From: an uncultured Acidobacteriota bacterium
Lineage (GTDB): Bacteria > Acidobacteriota > Thermoanaerobaculia > UBA5066
Direction: 5' to 3'
NCBI GenBank assembly: GCA_963779415.1
Contig: CAVZYA010000002.1
Coordinates: 1,312,001 to 1,376,000 of the forward strand
DNA: 64,000 nt
The position numbers were made by a program, and so were the translations under genes. The notes beneath the pieces are model-generated. The model did no database searches. It saw nothing but the letters and a program-made list of their open reading frames with translations, and was not told the DNA's origin. This document shows, in pieces, positions 9,684 to 20,169 of this stretch; within the stretch, counting starts at the first letter, position 1, and every line of letters starts with the position of its first letter.

Positions 9684-11654
9684 GCGTCTCTCTCGTCCTC
9701 GCGGCCGCCGGCCTCTCCGGGCTGAGCGGCCTCCCGGCGCTCCTGCCGGGGCCCCTCCGGAAGAAGGGCGCGCCTTTCGCAACGCTCCTCGCCGTGACGG
9801 CTTCGGCCCTCGGCCTCGGCGGCGCGGGACTGGCGCTCGTCGCTGGCCGCGCCCCGGCGAAGCTGGTCCTTCCGTGGGGCGTCCCCGGCGGGCTCTTCGC
9901 GGCCGAGGTGGACGCCCTCTCCGCCGTCTTCCTGATCCCGCTCTTTCTCGTCTCCGGACTCGGCGCTCTCTACGGCGAGCCGTACTGGTCGCTTCGCGAG
10001 CACCCCGAAAGCGCGCCGCGGCTCCGCCTCTTCTACGGCGCGATGACGGGCGCGATGGCGCTCGTCCTCGTGGCCCGGAACGCTTTCCTCTTCCTGACCT
10101 CCTGGGAGGTGATGGCCCTCGCGGGCTTCTTCCTCGTCACGACCGAGGCGCACGAGAAGAGGGTCCGCGAGGCCGGCTGGCTCTACCTCGTCGCCACGCA
10201 CGCCGGGACGCTGCTCCTGTTCGGCCTTTTCGCCCTCCTCCGGACGGCTCACGGCTCCTTCGAGATCGCGAAGCTCCCGTCGGGCGTCGCCGCCTCGTCC
10301 GCGGGGAGCGCGATCTTCTTCCTCGCTCTCGTCGGGTTCGGCCTGAAGGCGGGCCTGATGCCGCTCCACATCTGGCTCCCCGGAGCCCACGCCGCCGCGC
10401 CGAGCCACGTCTCGGCCCTGATGTCGGGCGTCCTGATCAAGATGGGGATCTACGGCCTTCTCCGGATCACGACGCTCTTTCCCGATCCGCCACTTCTCTG
10501 GGGCGCCGTCCTCTTCGCGATGGGCCTCGCCTCGGCGGTCTTCGGGGTCGCCTTCGCCCTCGGACAGCACGACCTGAAACGCCTTCTCGCGTACCACAGC
10601 GTGGAGAACGTCGGGATCATCGCGATGGGGCTCGGGCTCGGCCTCGTCGGGCGTTCGCTCCGGCAGCCGGCGTGGGTCCTCCTCGGCTTCGGGGGCGGCC
10701 TGCTGCACGTCGTCAACCACGGCCTCTTCAAGTCGCTTCTCTTTTTCTCGGCGGGCTCGGTCGTCCACGCCACCGGGACCCGGGAGATGGACCGGCTCGG
10801 AGGACTTCTGAAGAGATTGCCGGCCACGGGCCTCGCGTTTCTCGTCGGAGCGGTGGCCATCTGCGGTCTCCCGCCGCTCAACGGCTTCGTGAGCGAATTC
10901 CTCGTCTACGTCGGCCTTCTGTCGACGCTCCCGGCCGGCGCGGGGCCCGGCTGGATCTGGGGCGCATTCGCCGTTCCCCTTCTCGCCCTCGTCGGAGCGC
11001 TGGCGCTCGCCTGTTTCGTGAAGGCTTTCGGGTCCGTATTTCTCGGCCAGCCGCGCTCGGAGGTGGCCGTCTCCGGGCACGAGCCCGCGCTCACCGTCGT
11101 TCCGATGGCGGTCCTCGCCCTGCTCTGCGCCGCCATCGGGCTCTTTCCGATCGCCGTCGTGCCGTTTCTCGAGAGGGCGGCCGCCGTCGCCGCCCCGGAG
11201 CTCGCCTCGCGCCTGCCGCAACTTTCCGCCCTCGCGCCGGTTCGCGCGCTCGGCTTCTTCGCCCTCGGCCTGACCGCCTTTTCCGCGGGGATCGGCGTCG
11301 TCCTTTTCCGGAGGACGCGGCATGCCCGCCGCGCGGCCACATGGGACTGCGGCTATGCCGCCCCGACCCCGAGAATGCAGTACACGTCGTCCTCGTTCGC
11401 GTCCTGGACGGTCGGGTTCTTCCGGTGGGCGCTCCTCCCGCGCGCGACGGCCCCCGCCCTCACGCGCCTCTTTCCTTCGTCCGAACGCTACGAGAGCCAC
11501 GTTCCCGACACGGTTCTGGACCGGTTCCTGGTGCCGTCACTGGCATTCGGGGCCCGGCTGGCGTCGTGGGGACGGCTACCTCCAGCGGGGGCTCGTCCAG
11601 ATCTACATCCTCTACATCATGCTGACGATCGTCGTCCTTCTCTTCCTCGTGTAG
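9680..11654 (+). CDS. hyfB: HyfB-like proton-translocating (NuoL/MrpA-type) membrane subunit; frameshift near 11575
   Basis: GLKAGLMPLHIWLPGAHAAAPSHVSALMSG, HDLKRLLAYHSVEN, GLPPLNGFVSE and WDCGY..TPRMQY. Confidence 0.85.
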
Positions 11655-11658
11655 GCCG

Positions 11659-12576
11659 ATGGGAAACGTCGCCCTCCACCTCCTCGTCGTCCTCCTCGCC
11701 CCGCCGCTCCTCCTCGGAGTGATCGGGAGGACGAAGGCGGCCTTCGCGGGGCGCGCCGGACCGTCTCTCTTCCAGCCCTACCACGACCTGATCCGACTTT
11801 TCCGGAAGGGTTCGGTCCTGAGCGTGACGACGACGGGGATTTTCCTCGCGGGACCGGTCCTCGCCTTCACGGCGCCCCTCGCGGCCTCCCTCCTCGTCCC
11901 CATCGGGAGCCCGCACGCCCCGGTCTCGTTCACCGGCGACCTGATCCTCTTCGCCTACCTCTTCGCTCTTTCGCGCTTCTTCACGGCCGCGGCCGCGCTC
12001 GACACCGGCTCGGCGTTCGAGGGGATGGGGGCCGCGCGGGAGGTGAGCTTCTCCTGCCTCGCCGAGCCGGCCCTCTTCTTCGGCCTCCTGGCCGTCGCGC
12101 GGATCTCCGGGTCGCTCTCCCTCTCCTCGATGCTGGCCCACCCCTGGTCCCTCGGCTGGCTCACCTCGGGGGCCTCGCTCGTCCTCGTCGTGGCGGGGTG
12201 GTTCCTCGTTCTCCTCGCCGAGAACAGCCGGATCCCGTTCGACGACCCGAACACGCACCTCGAGCTGACGATGATCCACGAGGTGATGGTCCTCGACCAC
12301 GGCGGGCCCTCCCTCGGGCTCGTCCTCTACGGCTCGTCGATCAAGCTCTTCGTCCTCGGGGCGCTCCTGATGCGGGTCGCCATTCCCTTCGGTGCGCCGG
12401 ATCCGCGGCTCTCCGGCCTCGTCTTCTTCGCCGGCATGCTTCTCCTGGCGATTCTGATCGGCGTCGTCGAGTCGGTCATGGCGCGGGTCCGCCTCGTGGC
12501 CGTACCGCAGCTTCTCGTCACGGCGTGCCTCCTCTCGGGGCTCGGGATGCTCCTTCTCGCGAGGTCCGCGCCGTGA
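11659..12576 (+). CDS. hyfC: HyfC/NuoH-like membrane subunit
   Basis: GR.GP...QPY.DL.RLF.K and ENSRIPFDDPNTHLELTMIHE. Confidence 0.85.
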   Translation: MGNVALHLLVVLLAPPLLLGVIGRTKAAFAGRAGPSLFQPYHDLIRLFRKGSVLSVTTTGIFLAGPVLAFTAPLAASLLVPIGSPHAPVSFTGDLILFAYLFALSRFFTAAAALDTGSAFEGMGAAREVSFSCLAEPALFFGLLAVARISGSLSLSSMLAHPWSLGWLTSGASLVLVVAGWFLVLLAENSRIPFDDPNTHLELTMIHEVMVLDHGGPSLGLVLYGSSIKLFVLGALLMRVAIPFGAPDPRLSGLVFFAGMLLLAILIGVVESVMARVRLVAVPQLLVTACLLSGLGMLLLARSAP

Positions 12577-13214
12577 TGCACCCGGCCGACCTCCTCCTCG
12601 TCCTCGTCATCCTGATGAACTTCCTCGCGCTCGGGGCGAGCGGGATGCGCGTCTGCATCCGGGCGGCGGCGCTGCAGGGAGCCGTCCTCTCGGTCCTGCC
12701 GCTTCTCGTCCACCGCGATCCGGGGTGGAACGCGCTGGCGATGGCCGCCGGCGCCGCGGCGCTGAAGGGGGTCCTGATTCCCGGCCTCCTCCAGAAGGCG
12801 ATGCGGGACGTCCACGTCGCCCACGAGATCGAGCCGTACGTCGGCTTCGTCCCGTCGCTCTTCCTCGGCGCGATCGGAACGGCTCTCGCGCTCCTCTTCG
12901 CCGGCCGGCTGCCGCTCGCGCCGGAGCACGTCGGGACGCTCATCGTCCCCGCCTCGCTGGCGACGCTCTTCTCCGGATTCGTCCTGATGACGACGCGGCG
13001 CAAGGCGATCATGCAGGTCGTCGGCTACCTGATTCTCGAGAACGGCGTCTTCGTCTTCGGGCTCGTCCTGATCGAGGCGATGCCTTTTCTCGTGGAGGTG
13101 GGGGTCCTCCTCGACCTCCTCGTCGCCATCTTCATCATGGGAATCGTCCTCAACCACATCCGGCGCGAGTTCTCGTCGCTCGACACCGAGCGCCTCGCGG
13201 ACCTGAAGGACTAG
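12573..13214 (+). CDS. hyfE: HyfE-like membrane subunit
   Basis: Hydrophobic protein with QVVGYLILENG; operon position. Confidence 0.8.
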   Translation: MMHPADLLLVLVILMNFLALGASGMRVCIRAAALQGAVLSVLPLLVHRDPGWNALAMAAGAAALKGVLIPGLLQKAMRDVHVAHEIEPYVGFVPSLFLGAIGTALALLFAGRLPLAPEHVGTLIVPASLATLFSGFVLMTTRRKAIMQVVGYLILENGVFVFGLVLIEAMPFLVEVGVLLDLLVAIFIMGIVLNHIRREFSSLDTERLADLKD

Positions 13215-13217
13215 CCC

Positions 13218-14651
13218 GTGGCGCTCGCGCTGATCCTCGTCCCGCTCGCCGCGGCGGCCGTCGCCTTCCTCGTCCCGTCGGACCGCGCCCGGCCCCTCGT
13301 CCTTCCGGTCGCCGCCCTCGCTCACCTCGCCCTCACGGGCGCCGCCCTCGCGGGGCTCGGGCCCGTCGTGCGCGGGGAGTGGCTCCAGCTCGACGCCCTC
13401 GGCGGCGTGACGCTCGGCCTCGTCAGCGTCCTCTTCTTCATCTGCGCGCTCTATGCGCCCGGTTACCTCCGCCTGAGGCTGGACCGGCCGAACCGCGTCT
13501 TCTGCGCCTGCCTGCTCGTCTTTTTGTCCGCCGCCACGCTCCTCGTCCTCTCGCAGCACCTCGGCCTGATGTGGGTGGCCGTGGAGGCGACGACGCTGGC
13601 GACGGCGCCGCTCGTCTACTTCAACAGGAACGCGCGCTCCATCGAGGCGACGTGGAAGTACCTGATGATCGCGTCGGTCGGGATCGCGCTGGCGCTCCTG
13701 GGATCTCTCTTCCTGGGCTATTCGGCGTATCTCGGGGGGGGCGAGCCGTCGCTCCTCTTCGCGACCCTTCGCGAGAACGCCGGCGGCTTCTCGAGACCCT
13801 GGCTCCGGGCGGGCTTCGTCCTCCTCCTCGTCGGTTACGGCACGAAGATGGGCCTGGCGCCGCTTCACACCTGGAAGCCGGACGTCTACGGCGAGGCGCC
13901 CGGGCTCGTCGGCGCGCTCCTCGCCGGAGGGCTGACGAGCGGCGCCTTCCTCGCGCTCCTGCGCGTCTACGGAATCGTGAGCGCGGCGGGCGAAGGGGCC
14001 TTCGCGCGCGGCCTGCTCGTCGTCCTCGGGCTCCTCTCCATGGCCGTCGCCGCGGTCCTGATGATCCGCCAGCGCGACTTCAAGAGGATGCTCGCCTACT
14101 CGAGCGTCGAGCACATGGGAATCCTCGTTCTCGGCGTCGGAATCGGGGGGGCGGGGCTCGCCGGAGCCATCCTGCACGCGATCAACAACGGCCTGACGAA
14201 GACCGTCCTCTTCCTCGCGGCGGGGAACATCCACCGCGCCTACAGGAGCAAGAGCCTGGACGACGTGACGGGGGCCCTGGTGAGGCTGCCGCTCTCCGGA
14301 GGCCTTTTCCTCGCGGGATTCATCGCCATCACGGGGTCCCCGCCCTTCGGCCCGTTCGTGAGCATGTTCGCGATCCTGAATGCGGCGGTCGCTTCGCGGC
14401 GATTCGTCGTCGCCGCCCTTTACGTCGGACTCCTCGCGCTGGTCTTCCTCGGGATGGGGGCGACGGTCCTCGCCGTCGTCCAGGGGCGCCCCTCGCGGGA
14501 AGCTTCCGCGTCACCGTACCAGGACAACATCCGGAAGACCGGCCCGATCCTCCTCTCGATGGCCCTCGTCCTTCTCCTCGGCCTCTGGATTCCGGAGCCG
14601 CTCCGGAAGCTGATTGCGGGGGCCGCGGGCAGCCTGGAGGGGGGGCCGTGA
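13218..14651 (+). CDS. hyfF: HyfF-like proton-translocating membrane subunit
   Basis: EATWKY, GYGTKMGLAPLHTWKPD and DFKRMLAYSSVEHMG. Confidence 0.85.
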   Translation: MALALILVPLAAAAVAFLVPSDRARPLVLPVAALAHLALTGAALAGLGPVVRGEWLQLDALGGVTLGLVSVLFFICALYAPGYLRLRLDRPNRVFCACLLVFLSAATLLVLSQHLGLMWVAVEATTLATAPLVYFNRNARSIEATWKYLMIASVGIALALLGSLFLGYSAYLGGGEPSLLFATLRENAGGFSRPWLRAGFVLLLVGYGTKMGLAPLHTWKPDVYGEAPGLVGALLAGGLTSGAFLALLRVYGIVSAAGEGAFARGLLVVLGLLSMAVAAVLMIRQRDFKRMLAYSSVEHMGILVLGVGIGGAGLAGAILHAINNGLTKTVLFLAAGNIHRAYRSKSLDDVTGALVRLPLSGGLFLAGFIAITGSPPFGPFVSMFAILNAAVASRRFVVAALYVGLLALVFLGMGATVLAVVQGRPSREASASPYQDNIRKTGPILLSMALVLLLGLWIPEPLRKLIAGAAGSLEGGP

Positions 14652-16168
14652 GCTTCCTTCCGCTTCGAAACGCGACCGCGGTTCCGCTCGGGGAGATTCC
14701 CGAGAGCGACTTCGACGACTTCCGCGGAGGGGTCCTCTCGGAAGTCTCGGCCGGGCGGAGGCTCGTCTCGCTCTTCGGCGATGCGCCGCCCGGCGCGCAG
14801 CAGGTCCGGATCTTCGCGGTTCTCGCGGACGACCGTGAGGGGTGGCTCCACGTGGCGAGGACGCGGCTCTTCGGAGACGACTATCCGGCGCTCACGCCCC
14901 TCTGCCCGCAGGCGCACCTCTTCGAGCGGGAGATGGCCGAGCAGCTCGGTGTGAAGCCGCAGGGCCATCCGTGGCTGAAACCGGTGAGGTTCCGGAGTTC
15001 GTGGCGGCCGGGGCGGGACGCCTTCGGGCGCGCTCCGGGCGAGGAGCCGGTCCCCGGCGTGACGCCCTTCTTCCGCGTGGAGGGGGACGAGGTCCACGAA
15101 GTCGCCGTCGGCCCCGTCCACGCCGGTGTCATCGAGCCGGGGCACTTCCGCTTTCAGTGCCACGGCGAGCGCGTCTTCCACCTCGAGATCTCTCTCGGCT
15201 ACCAGCATCGGGGCGTCGAGGAGGCGCTGAAGGGCGGGCCGCACAAGCTGTCGGTCCACCAGGTGGAGACGGTGGCGGGCGACACGACGGTCGGTCACAC
15301 GATCGCCTACGCCCAGGCGCTCGAAGCGCTCTCGGGGAAGGCGCCGCCGGCCCGCGCGCAGGCCCTCCGGGGCGTCGCGCTGGAGTTGGAGCGCCTCGCC
15401 AACCATACCGGGGACCTCGGCGCGCTCGCGGGCGACGTCGGATATCTGCCTACGGCCTCCTACTGCGGGAGGATCCGGGGCGACTTTCTCAACATGACCG
15501 CGACGCTCTGTGGCAGCCGGTTCGGGCGCGGCCTGATCCGCCCGGGAGGCACCGGCTTCGACATGGACGACGCCGCTCTCGCCGCTCTCGCCTCGCGCCT
15601 CGCCCGGGCGGAAGAGGACGTTCGGGGAGCCGTGGAGCTTCTCTGGGCGACCCCGACGGTCGTGGCCCGATTCGAGAACACGGGGAAGGTCTCCCGGGCG
15701 ACGGCCGAGGAGATCGGACTCGTGGGCCCGGCAGCCCGGGCGACGGGCCTCGTGCGCGACGTGAGGCACGACCACCCGCACGGCATCTACCAGTACGCCC
15801 ACATCCCGGTCATGACCGCCCACTATGGCGACGTGAACTCCCGGGCCGTCGTGAGATGGCTCGAGATGCAGCAGTCGCTTCAGTTCGTCACCGAGCGGCT
15901 GGCGGCGCTTCCGAGGACCCCGATCCTCACGCCGACAGGCCCGCTCGCGAAGGAGAGCCTCGCCGTCTCCCTCGTCGAAGGGTGGCGGGGCGAGATCTGC
16001 CACGTGGCCGTGACCGGCGCCGACGGGCGCTTCGAGAGGTACAAGATCACCGATCCCTCGTTCCACAACTGGTTCGCTCTGGCCCTCGCCCTTCGCGGCG
16101 GGGAGATCTCCGACTTTCCGCTCTGCAACAAGAGCTTCAACCTCTCCTACTGCGGGCACGACCTTTGA
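14648..16168 (+). CDS. Ehr/HyfG-like large subunit (NuoCD-like) lacking NiFe-binding CxxC motifs
   Basis: VGPVHAGVIEPGHFRF, ELERLANH, VEGWRGE and DPSFHNW; L1 site reads ETVAGDTTVGH and L2 site reads DFPLCNKSFNLSYCGHDL. Confidence 0.85.
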   Translation: MSFLPLRNATAVPLGEIPESDFDDFRGGVLSEVSAGRRLVSLFGDAPPGAQQVRIFAVLADDREGWLHVARTRLFGDDYPALTPLCPQAHLFEREMAEQLGVKPQGHPWLKPVRFRSSWRPGRDAFGRAPGEEPVPGVTPFFRVEGDEVHEVAVGPVHAGVIEPGHFRFQCHGERVFHLEISLGYQHRGVEEALKGGPHKLSVHQVETVAGDTTVGHTIAYAQALEALSGKAPPARAQALRGVALELERLANHTGDLGALAGDVGYLPTASYCGRIRGDFLNMTATLCGSRFGRGLIRPGGTGFDMDDAALAALASRLARAEEDVRGAVELLWATPTVVARFENTGKVSRATAEEIGLVGPAARATGLVRDVRHDHPHGIYQYAHIPVMTAHYGDVNSRAVVRWLEMQQSLQFVTERLAALPRTPILTPTGPLAKESLAVSLVEGWRGEICHVAVTGADGRFERYKITDPSFHNWFALALALRGGEISDFPLCNKSFNLSYCGHDL

Positions 16169-16178
16169 GGCGGCGCAG

Positions 16179-16967
16179 ATGCTGAAGGCACTGAGGGCGC
16201 GGCTCGCGCAGGGGCATCGGACGACCCCGTTCCCCGACGGGCCTCCGCCGGCGCTGCCCGAGCGTTTTCGGGGCCTCCCCTCGATCGACGCGGCGCGGTG
16301 TCACGAGGGATGCCGTGACTGCGCCAGCGCCTGCCCGACGGGGGCGATCTCGGTCGGAGAGGGCGGAGTCTCCCTCGACCTCGGGAAATGCCTCTTCTGT
16401 CCCGAGTGCGAGAGGGCCTGCCCCGAGAAGGCGGTCGTCTTCACCGGCGATTACCGGCTCGCGACGGGGAGACGCGAGGCGCTCGTCACGAAGGGGCGGG
16501 AGATCGAGCTGGCCGCGGCGCTCGACGGGAAGCTCCGCCGGCTCTTCGGGCGGTCGCTCAAGCTCCGCCAGGTCAGCGCGGGGGGGTGCAACGCCTGCGA
16601 ATCCGACGTCAACGTCCTCTCGACAGTCGTCTGGGACATCGGACGATTCGGAATCCAGATCGTCGCCTCGCCTCGGCACGCGGACGGCCTTCTGATCACC
16701 GGCCCGGTGACCGAGAACATGCGACTGGCTCTCAAGAAGACGTACGACGCCGTCCCCGGCCCGAAGATCGTCATCGCCGTCGGCGCCTGCGCCATCTCGG
16801 GGGGCCCCTACCTCGACCGGCCGGAGCAGCACGGCGGCGCCGCCTCGACCGTCCCGGTCGACCTCTTCATTCCCGGCTGTCCCCCTCATCCGCTGACGAT
16901 CCTCGACGGGCTCCTCCGACTCCTCGGCCGGATCGAATCGGATGGGGCGAGAAAGCCGGTAGTCTGA
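16179..16967 (+). CDS. Ferredoxin (2x4Fe-4S) fused to NuoB/HyfI-like small subunit
   Basis: CHEGCRDCASACP, CLFCPECERACP, GGCNACE, GACAISGG and PGCPP. Confidence 0.85.
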   Translation: MLKALRARLAQGHRTTPFPDGPPPALPERFRGLPSIDAARCHEGCRDCASACPTGAISVGEGGVSLDLGKCLFCPECERACPEKAVVFTGDYRLATGRREALVTKGREIELAAALDGKLRRLFGRSLKLRQVSAGGCNACESDVNVLSTVVWDIGRFGIQIVASPRHADGLLITGPVTENMRLALKKTYDAVPGPKIVIAVGACAISGGPYLDRPEQHGGAASTVPVDLFIPGCPPHPLTILDGLLRLLGRIESDGARKPVV

Positions 16968-16971
16968 CGCC

Positions 16972-18177
16972 GTGAGCCCCGACCGCCGCCGGATACCTTT
17001 TCTCGCCGCACCGGTCGCGGCCGCCGGGATCCTCGCCCTCGGGCTGATTGCGGTGGCGCTCGTGGCGGCGCGAACGCTGCGCGAACGGGACGCGGCCGTT
17101 CGGGAAGGGGTCCTCGGTCGCGTGGGGCACGAGCTGGAAGCGCTTCTGAGAGAGAGCGGTCCCGAAGGGGCTGCGGCGGCGATGGAGACGTTCGTCTCCC
17201 GGCGTGGCTCGGTCCTTTCGGGAGCCGCCGTCGCGGGCCCGAACGGCATCCTCGCCAAGTGGGGCGCGACGGAAGGAGTCCCGTTCGAGATGCCGGGAAT
17301 GCTGGGACCGGAATGGCGGGGAGTCGTCCGGATGGGACCGGGGCGCGGCCCGATGGGCGGGCGCGGCGGGATGGGGCCGTCGCTCCTCGTCATCCGGCTC
17401 TACCCGGCACCGGCCTTCGGGCGTGAGACGGGGCTCGCGAACGTTCTCGCCCTCGGCTCCGTCGTGGCCGGGGCGGGGCTTCTCGGCTTCGCGCTCTTCG
17501 CCGCGCGCGGACTCGCCGAGCGACGGCGAACCGAGCTACTCGAGATCGAGCGCCAGCGGCTCGACGCGCTCGCGCTGGCCGGAGCCGGCCTCGCCCACCG
17601 GATCCGGAACCCGCTGGCCGCGATCAAGGGAACCGCGCAGCTGATGGCCGACGAACCGGCCGCGCCGGCGGGTGCACGCGCCGGGCGGATCGTCGAGGCG
17701 TCCGAACGGATCGAGGATCTCGTCGCAGAGCTCCTCCGGTTCGCCCGCCCCCCGGAGCCGGTCGCCGAGACGTTCGATCTCGGCGCTCTGGCGCGAGAGG
17801 TCGCGCGGGAAGCCGGCGGGCTTCCCGTTGAGGGAAGGGCGTCCCTCCGGGTCGTCGGGGACCAGGGGTACGCGCGGGAGATTCTGGAGGAACTGGTCGC
17901 GAACGCGCGGGCGCACGACGCCTCGGGAGAGATCACTCTTTCGGTGGAGAAGGAAGCGGGGCGGGGACTTCTCGAGGTGCGCGATCGGGGTCCGGGCCTC
18001 GGCGTCGACCCGGAGAGAGCCTTCGACCCTTACGTCACGACGCGTCCCGCCGGAACCGGGCTCGGCCTGCCGATCGTCCGGGCCCTCGCGCGGACGAGCG
18101 GCGGCGACGTGACGCTCTTTGCGCGGGAGGGGGGCGGGTGCGTGGCGCGGCTCTCTCTCCCCGCGGAGGGGCGCTGA
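16972..18177 (+). CDS. Membrane sensor histidine kinase
   Basis: Two TMs, LAHRIRNPL H-box, and DRGPG and GTGLGL G-boxes. Confidence 0.85.
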   Translation: MSPDRRRIPFLAAPVAAAGILALGLIAVALVAARTLRERDAAVREGVLGRVGHELEALLRESGPEGAAAAMETFVSRRGSVLSGAAVAGPNGILAKWGATEGVPFEMPGMLGPEWRGVVRMGPGRGPMGGRGGMGPSLLVIRLYPAPAFGRETGLANVLALGSVVAGAGLLGFALFAARGLAERRRTELLEIERQRLDALALAGAGLAHRIRNPLAAIKGTAQLMADEPAAPAGARAGRIVEASERIEDLVAELLRFARPPEPVAETFDLGALAREVAREAGGLPVEGRASLRVVGDQGYAREILEELVANARAHDASGEITLSVEKEAGRGLLEVRDRGPGLGVDPERAFDPYVTTRPAGTGLGLPIVRALARTSGGDVTLFAREGGGCVARLSLPAEGR

Positions 18178-18178
18178 G

Positions 18179-19462
18179 ATGGCAAGGGTGCTCGTCGCCG
18201 ACGATGACCCGTCTTTCCGTGCGCTCCTCCGGGACATCCTCGAGGGGGCCGGGCACGCCGTCACGGAAGCGCGCGACGGAGAGGAGGCGCTCCTCTTCCT
18301 TCGAAGGGAGTCGTTCCATCTCGTCCTCGCGGACCAGCGGATGCCGAAACGGGACGGGCTCTCGCTTCTGAAGCAGAGCCGGGCCGAAGTCTCTTCCCTT
18401 CCGCCTTTCGTCCTGCTGACGGCCTTCGGCACGATTCCCGACGCGGTGGAAGCCGTACGCCTCGGCGCGGCGGACTACCTGACGAAGCCCCTCGAATCCC
18501 CGCGGGCGCTCCTCGCCCTCGTGAACCGTCTCCTCTCCCCGGAGGCCGGCGAGGAGGAGTTCGTCACCGGCGATCCGCGCGTGAAGGAGCTTCTGGCCCT
18601 CGTGGACCGCGTGGCGCCGACGGACGTCCCCGTCCTCGTTCTCGGGGAGTCGGGGACGGGGAAGGAGCTGGTCGCGAGACGGCTTCACGCCCGTTCGCGC
18701 CGCGCGTCCGGCCCGTTCGTCGCCGTGAACGCGGCGGGTTTTCCCGAGACGCTGGCCGACAGCGAGCTTTTCGGCCACGAGAAGGGAGCTTTCACGGGCG
18801 CCGAACGGGTCCGGGCGGGGCGGTTCGAGGAGGCCTCGGGGGGGACCCTCTTCCTCGACGAGGTGGGGGAGCTGGCGCACGCACTCCAGGCGAAGCTCCT
18901 GCGCGCCCTCGAGGAGAAGACCGTCCGTCGGGTCGGAAGCGAGCGCGACCTCCCGGTCGACGTCCGCGTCGTCGCCGCGACGAACCGGGACCTCGCGCGC
19001 GAGGCCGAGCAGGGGACGTTCCGCCGGGATCTCTACTTCCGCCTCGCGGTCGTGTCGGTCGTCCTGTCGCCGCTCCGCGACCGGCCGGGCGACGTCGAGA
19101 GGCTGGCCCGGCACTTCGTGGCGCGTCTCGCCGTGCGGCACCGCGTCCCCCTTCCGGATTTGACGACCGGCGCTCTCGAAGCACTCGCCGCGCACGCATG
19201 GCCGGGAAACGTCAGGGAACTCCGAAATGTTCTCGAGAGCGCCGTCGTGATCCGCGCGGGACAGCCGATCCGCCCCGGAGATCTGCGCCTCACCCCGGCG
19301 GCGGCGCCGGCGGGCTCCTCGCTCGACGAGGAGACGCGGGGGCGCGAGGCGCTCCTCGAGGCGCTGCGCCGAACCGACGGGAACCGGGAGGAAGCGGCGC
19401 GCCTCCTCGGGATCTCGGTCCGGGCGCTCTACTACCGTCTCCGGCGCTGGGGCCTGAACTGA
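18179..19462 (+). CDS. Sigma54-dependent response regulator (NtrC family)
   Basis: REC domain, GESGTGKE, GAFTGA, WPGNVREL and Fis-type HTH. Confidence 0.92.
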   Translation: MARVLVADDDPSFRALLRDILEGAGHAVTEARDGEEALLFLRRESFHLVLADQRMPKRDGLSLLKQSRAEVSSLPPFVLLTAFGTIPDAVEAVRLGAADYLTKPLESPRALLALVNRLLSPEAGEEEFVTGDPRVKELLALVDRVAPTDVPVLVLGESGTGKELVARRLHARSRRASGPFVAVNAAGFPETLADSELFGHEKGAFTGAERVRAGRFEEASGGTLFLDEVGELAHALQAKLLRALEEKTVRRVGSERDLPVDVRVVAATNRDLAREAEQGTFRRDLYFRLAVVSVVLSPLRDRPGDVERLARHFVARLAVRHRVPLPDLTTGALEALAAHAWPGNVRELRNVLESAVVIRAGQPIRPGDLRLTPAAAPAGSSLDEETRGREALLEALRRTDGNREEAARLLGISVRALYYRLRRWGLN

Positions 19463-19500
19463 GCTGCAAGCGCTGCGCTCCTGCTGCAGAACCTGCAGCC
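19463..19500. promoter_or_regulatory. Putative upstream activator (enhancer) sites
   Basis: Palindrome GCTGCAG-aac-CTGCAGC (19483-19499) plus a related degenerate copy at 19463-19479, ~80-110 bp upstream of the sigma54 site. Confidence 0.55.
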
Positions 19501-19574
19501 GGGCACGGGGTCTTTCGGGGCGCCCTCTTTCCCCAACTCCTGAAGTCCGAGTCACTTCGCCGAACAGCCCGAAT

Positions 19575-19592
19575 CTGGCCCGGGCCGTGCGT
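19575..19592 (+). promoter_or_regulatory. Putative sigma54 -24/-12 promoter
   Basis: CTGGCCCGGGCCGTGC: GG(19577-78)-N10-GC(19589-90). Confidence 0.6.
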
Positions 19593-19618
19593 TACGTGAC
19601 GGCGTGAAGGAGGCCTCG

Positions 19619-20140
19619 ATGAAGAAACATCTGACGACCCTCACCGCTCTGATCGCCGCATTCGCTCTCGCCGGATCCCTCGCCGCCCAGCAGGGGGGCG
19701 GCCCCGGCGCCGGAAAGGGGATGATGGACGGCACCGGGCCGCTCGTCGATCCGTCAAAGGTCACGAACGTCACGGGCGACGTCGTGAAGTTCACCGGCGG
19801 CCCCGGACAGGGGATGCCGACGCTCGTCCTGAACGTCGGCGGCAAGGAAGAGTCTTACGTCCTCGGGTCGTACCGCTACCTCGTCGCGCAGAAGTTCGCG
19901 CCGGCCGCCGGCGACCGGCTCCATCTCGTCCTCTGGGCGTGCACGACCTGCCCTCAGGGGAACGTCGTAGCTGAGATCCAGAACGTCCGGTCGGGCGACG
20001 TCCTGAAGCTCCGCGCGGCCGACGGCTCGCCTCTCTTCGCGGGCCCGCACGGAGGCCGCGGGATGCACGGCCCGGGCGGACACGGGATGCAGGACGGAAC
20101 GGGCCCGAACCCGAACTGCCCCTACCGGACCGGCGGCTGA
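19619..20140 (+). CDS. Exported protein with Gly/Met-rich termini and a CxxC motif
   Basis: Signal peptide, GMMDGTGP and GMQDGTGP repeats, CTTC; GGAGG RBS. Confidence 0.7.
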   Translation: MKKHLTTLTALIAAFALAGSLAAQQGGGPGAGKGMMDGTGPLVDPSKVTNVTGDVVKFTGGPGQGMPTLVLNVGGKEESYVLGSYRYLVAQKFAPAAGDRLHLVLWACTTCPQGNVVAEIQNVRSGDVLKLRAADGSPLFAGPHGGRGMHGPGGHGMQDGTGPNPNCPYRTGG

Positions 20141-20169
20141 GCTCCTCCGGACTCCTCCGGTGACACCGG

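Noticed and set aside
14648-16168. Functional NiFe hydrogenase / formate hydrogenlyase
   Set aside because: Both Ni-binding CxxC motifs are absent and no maturation or fdh genes are nearby.
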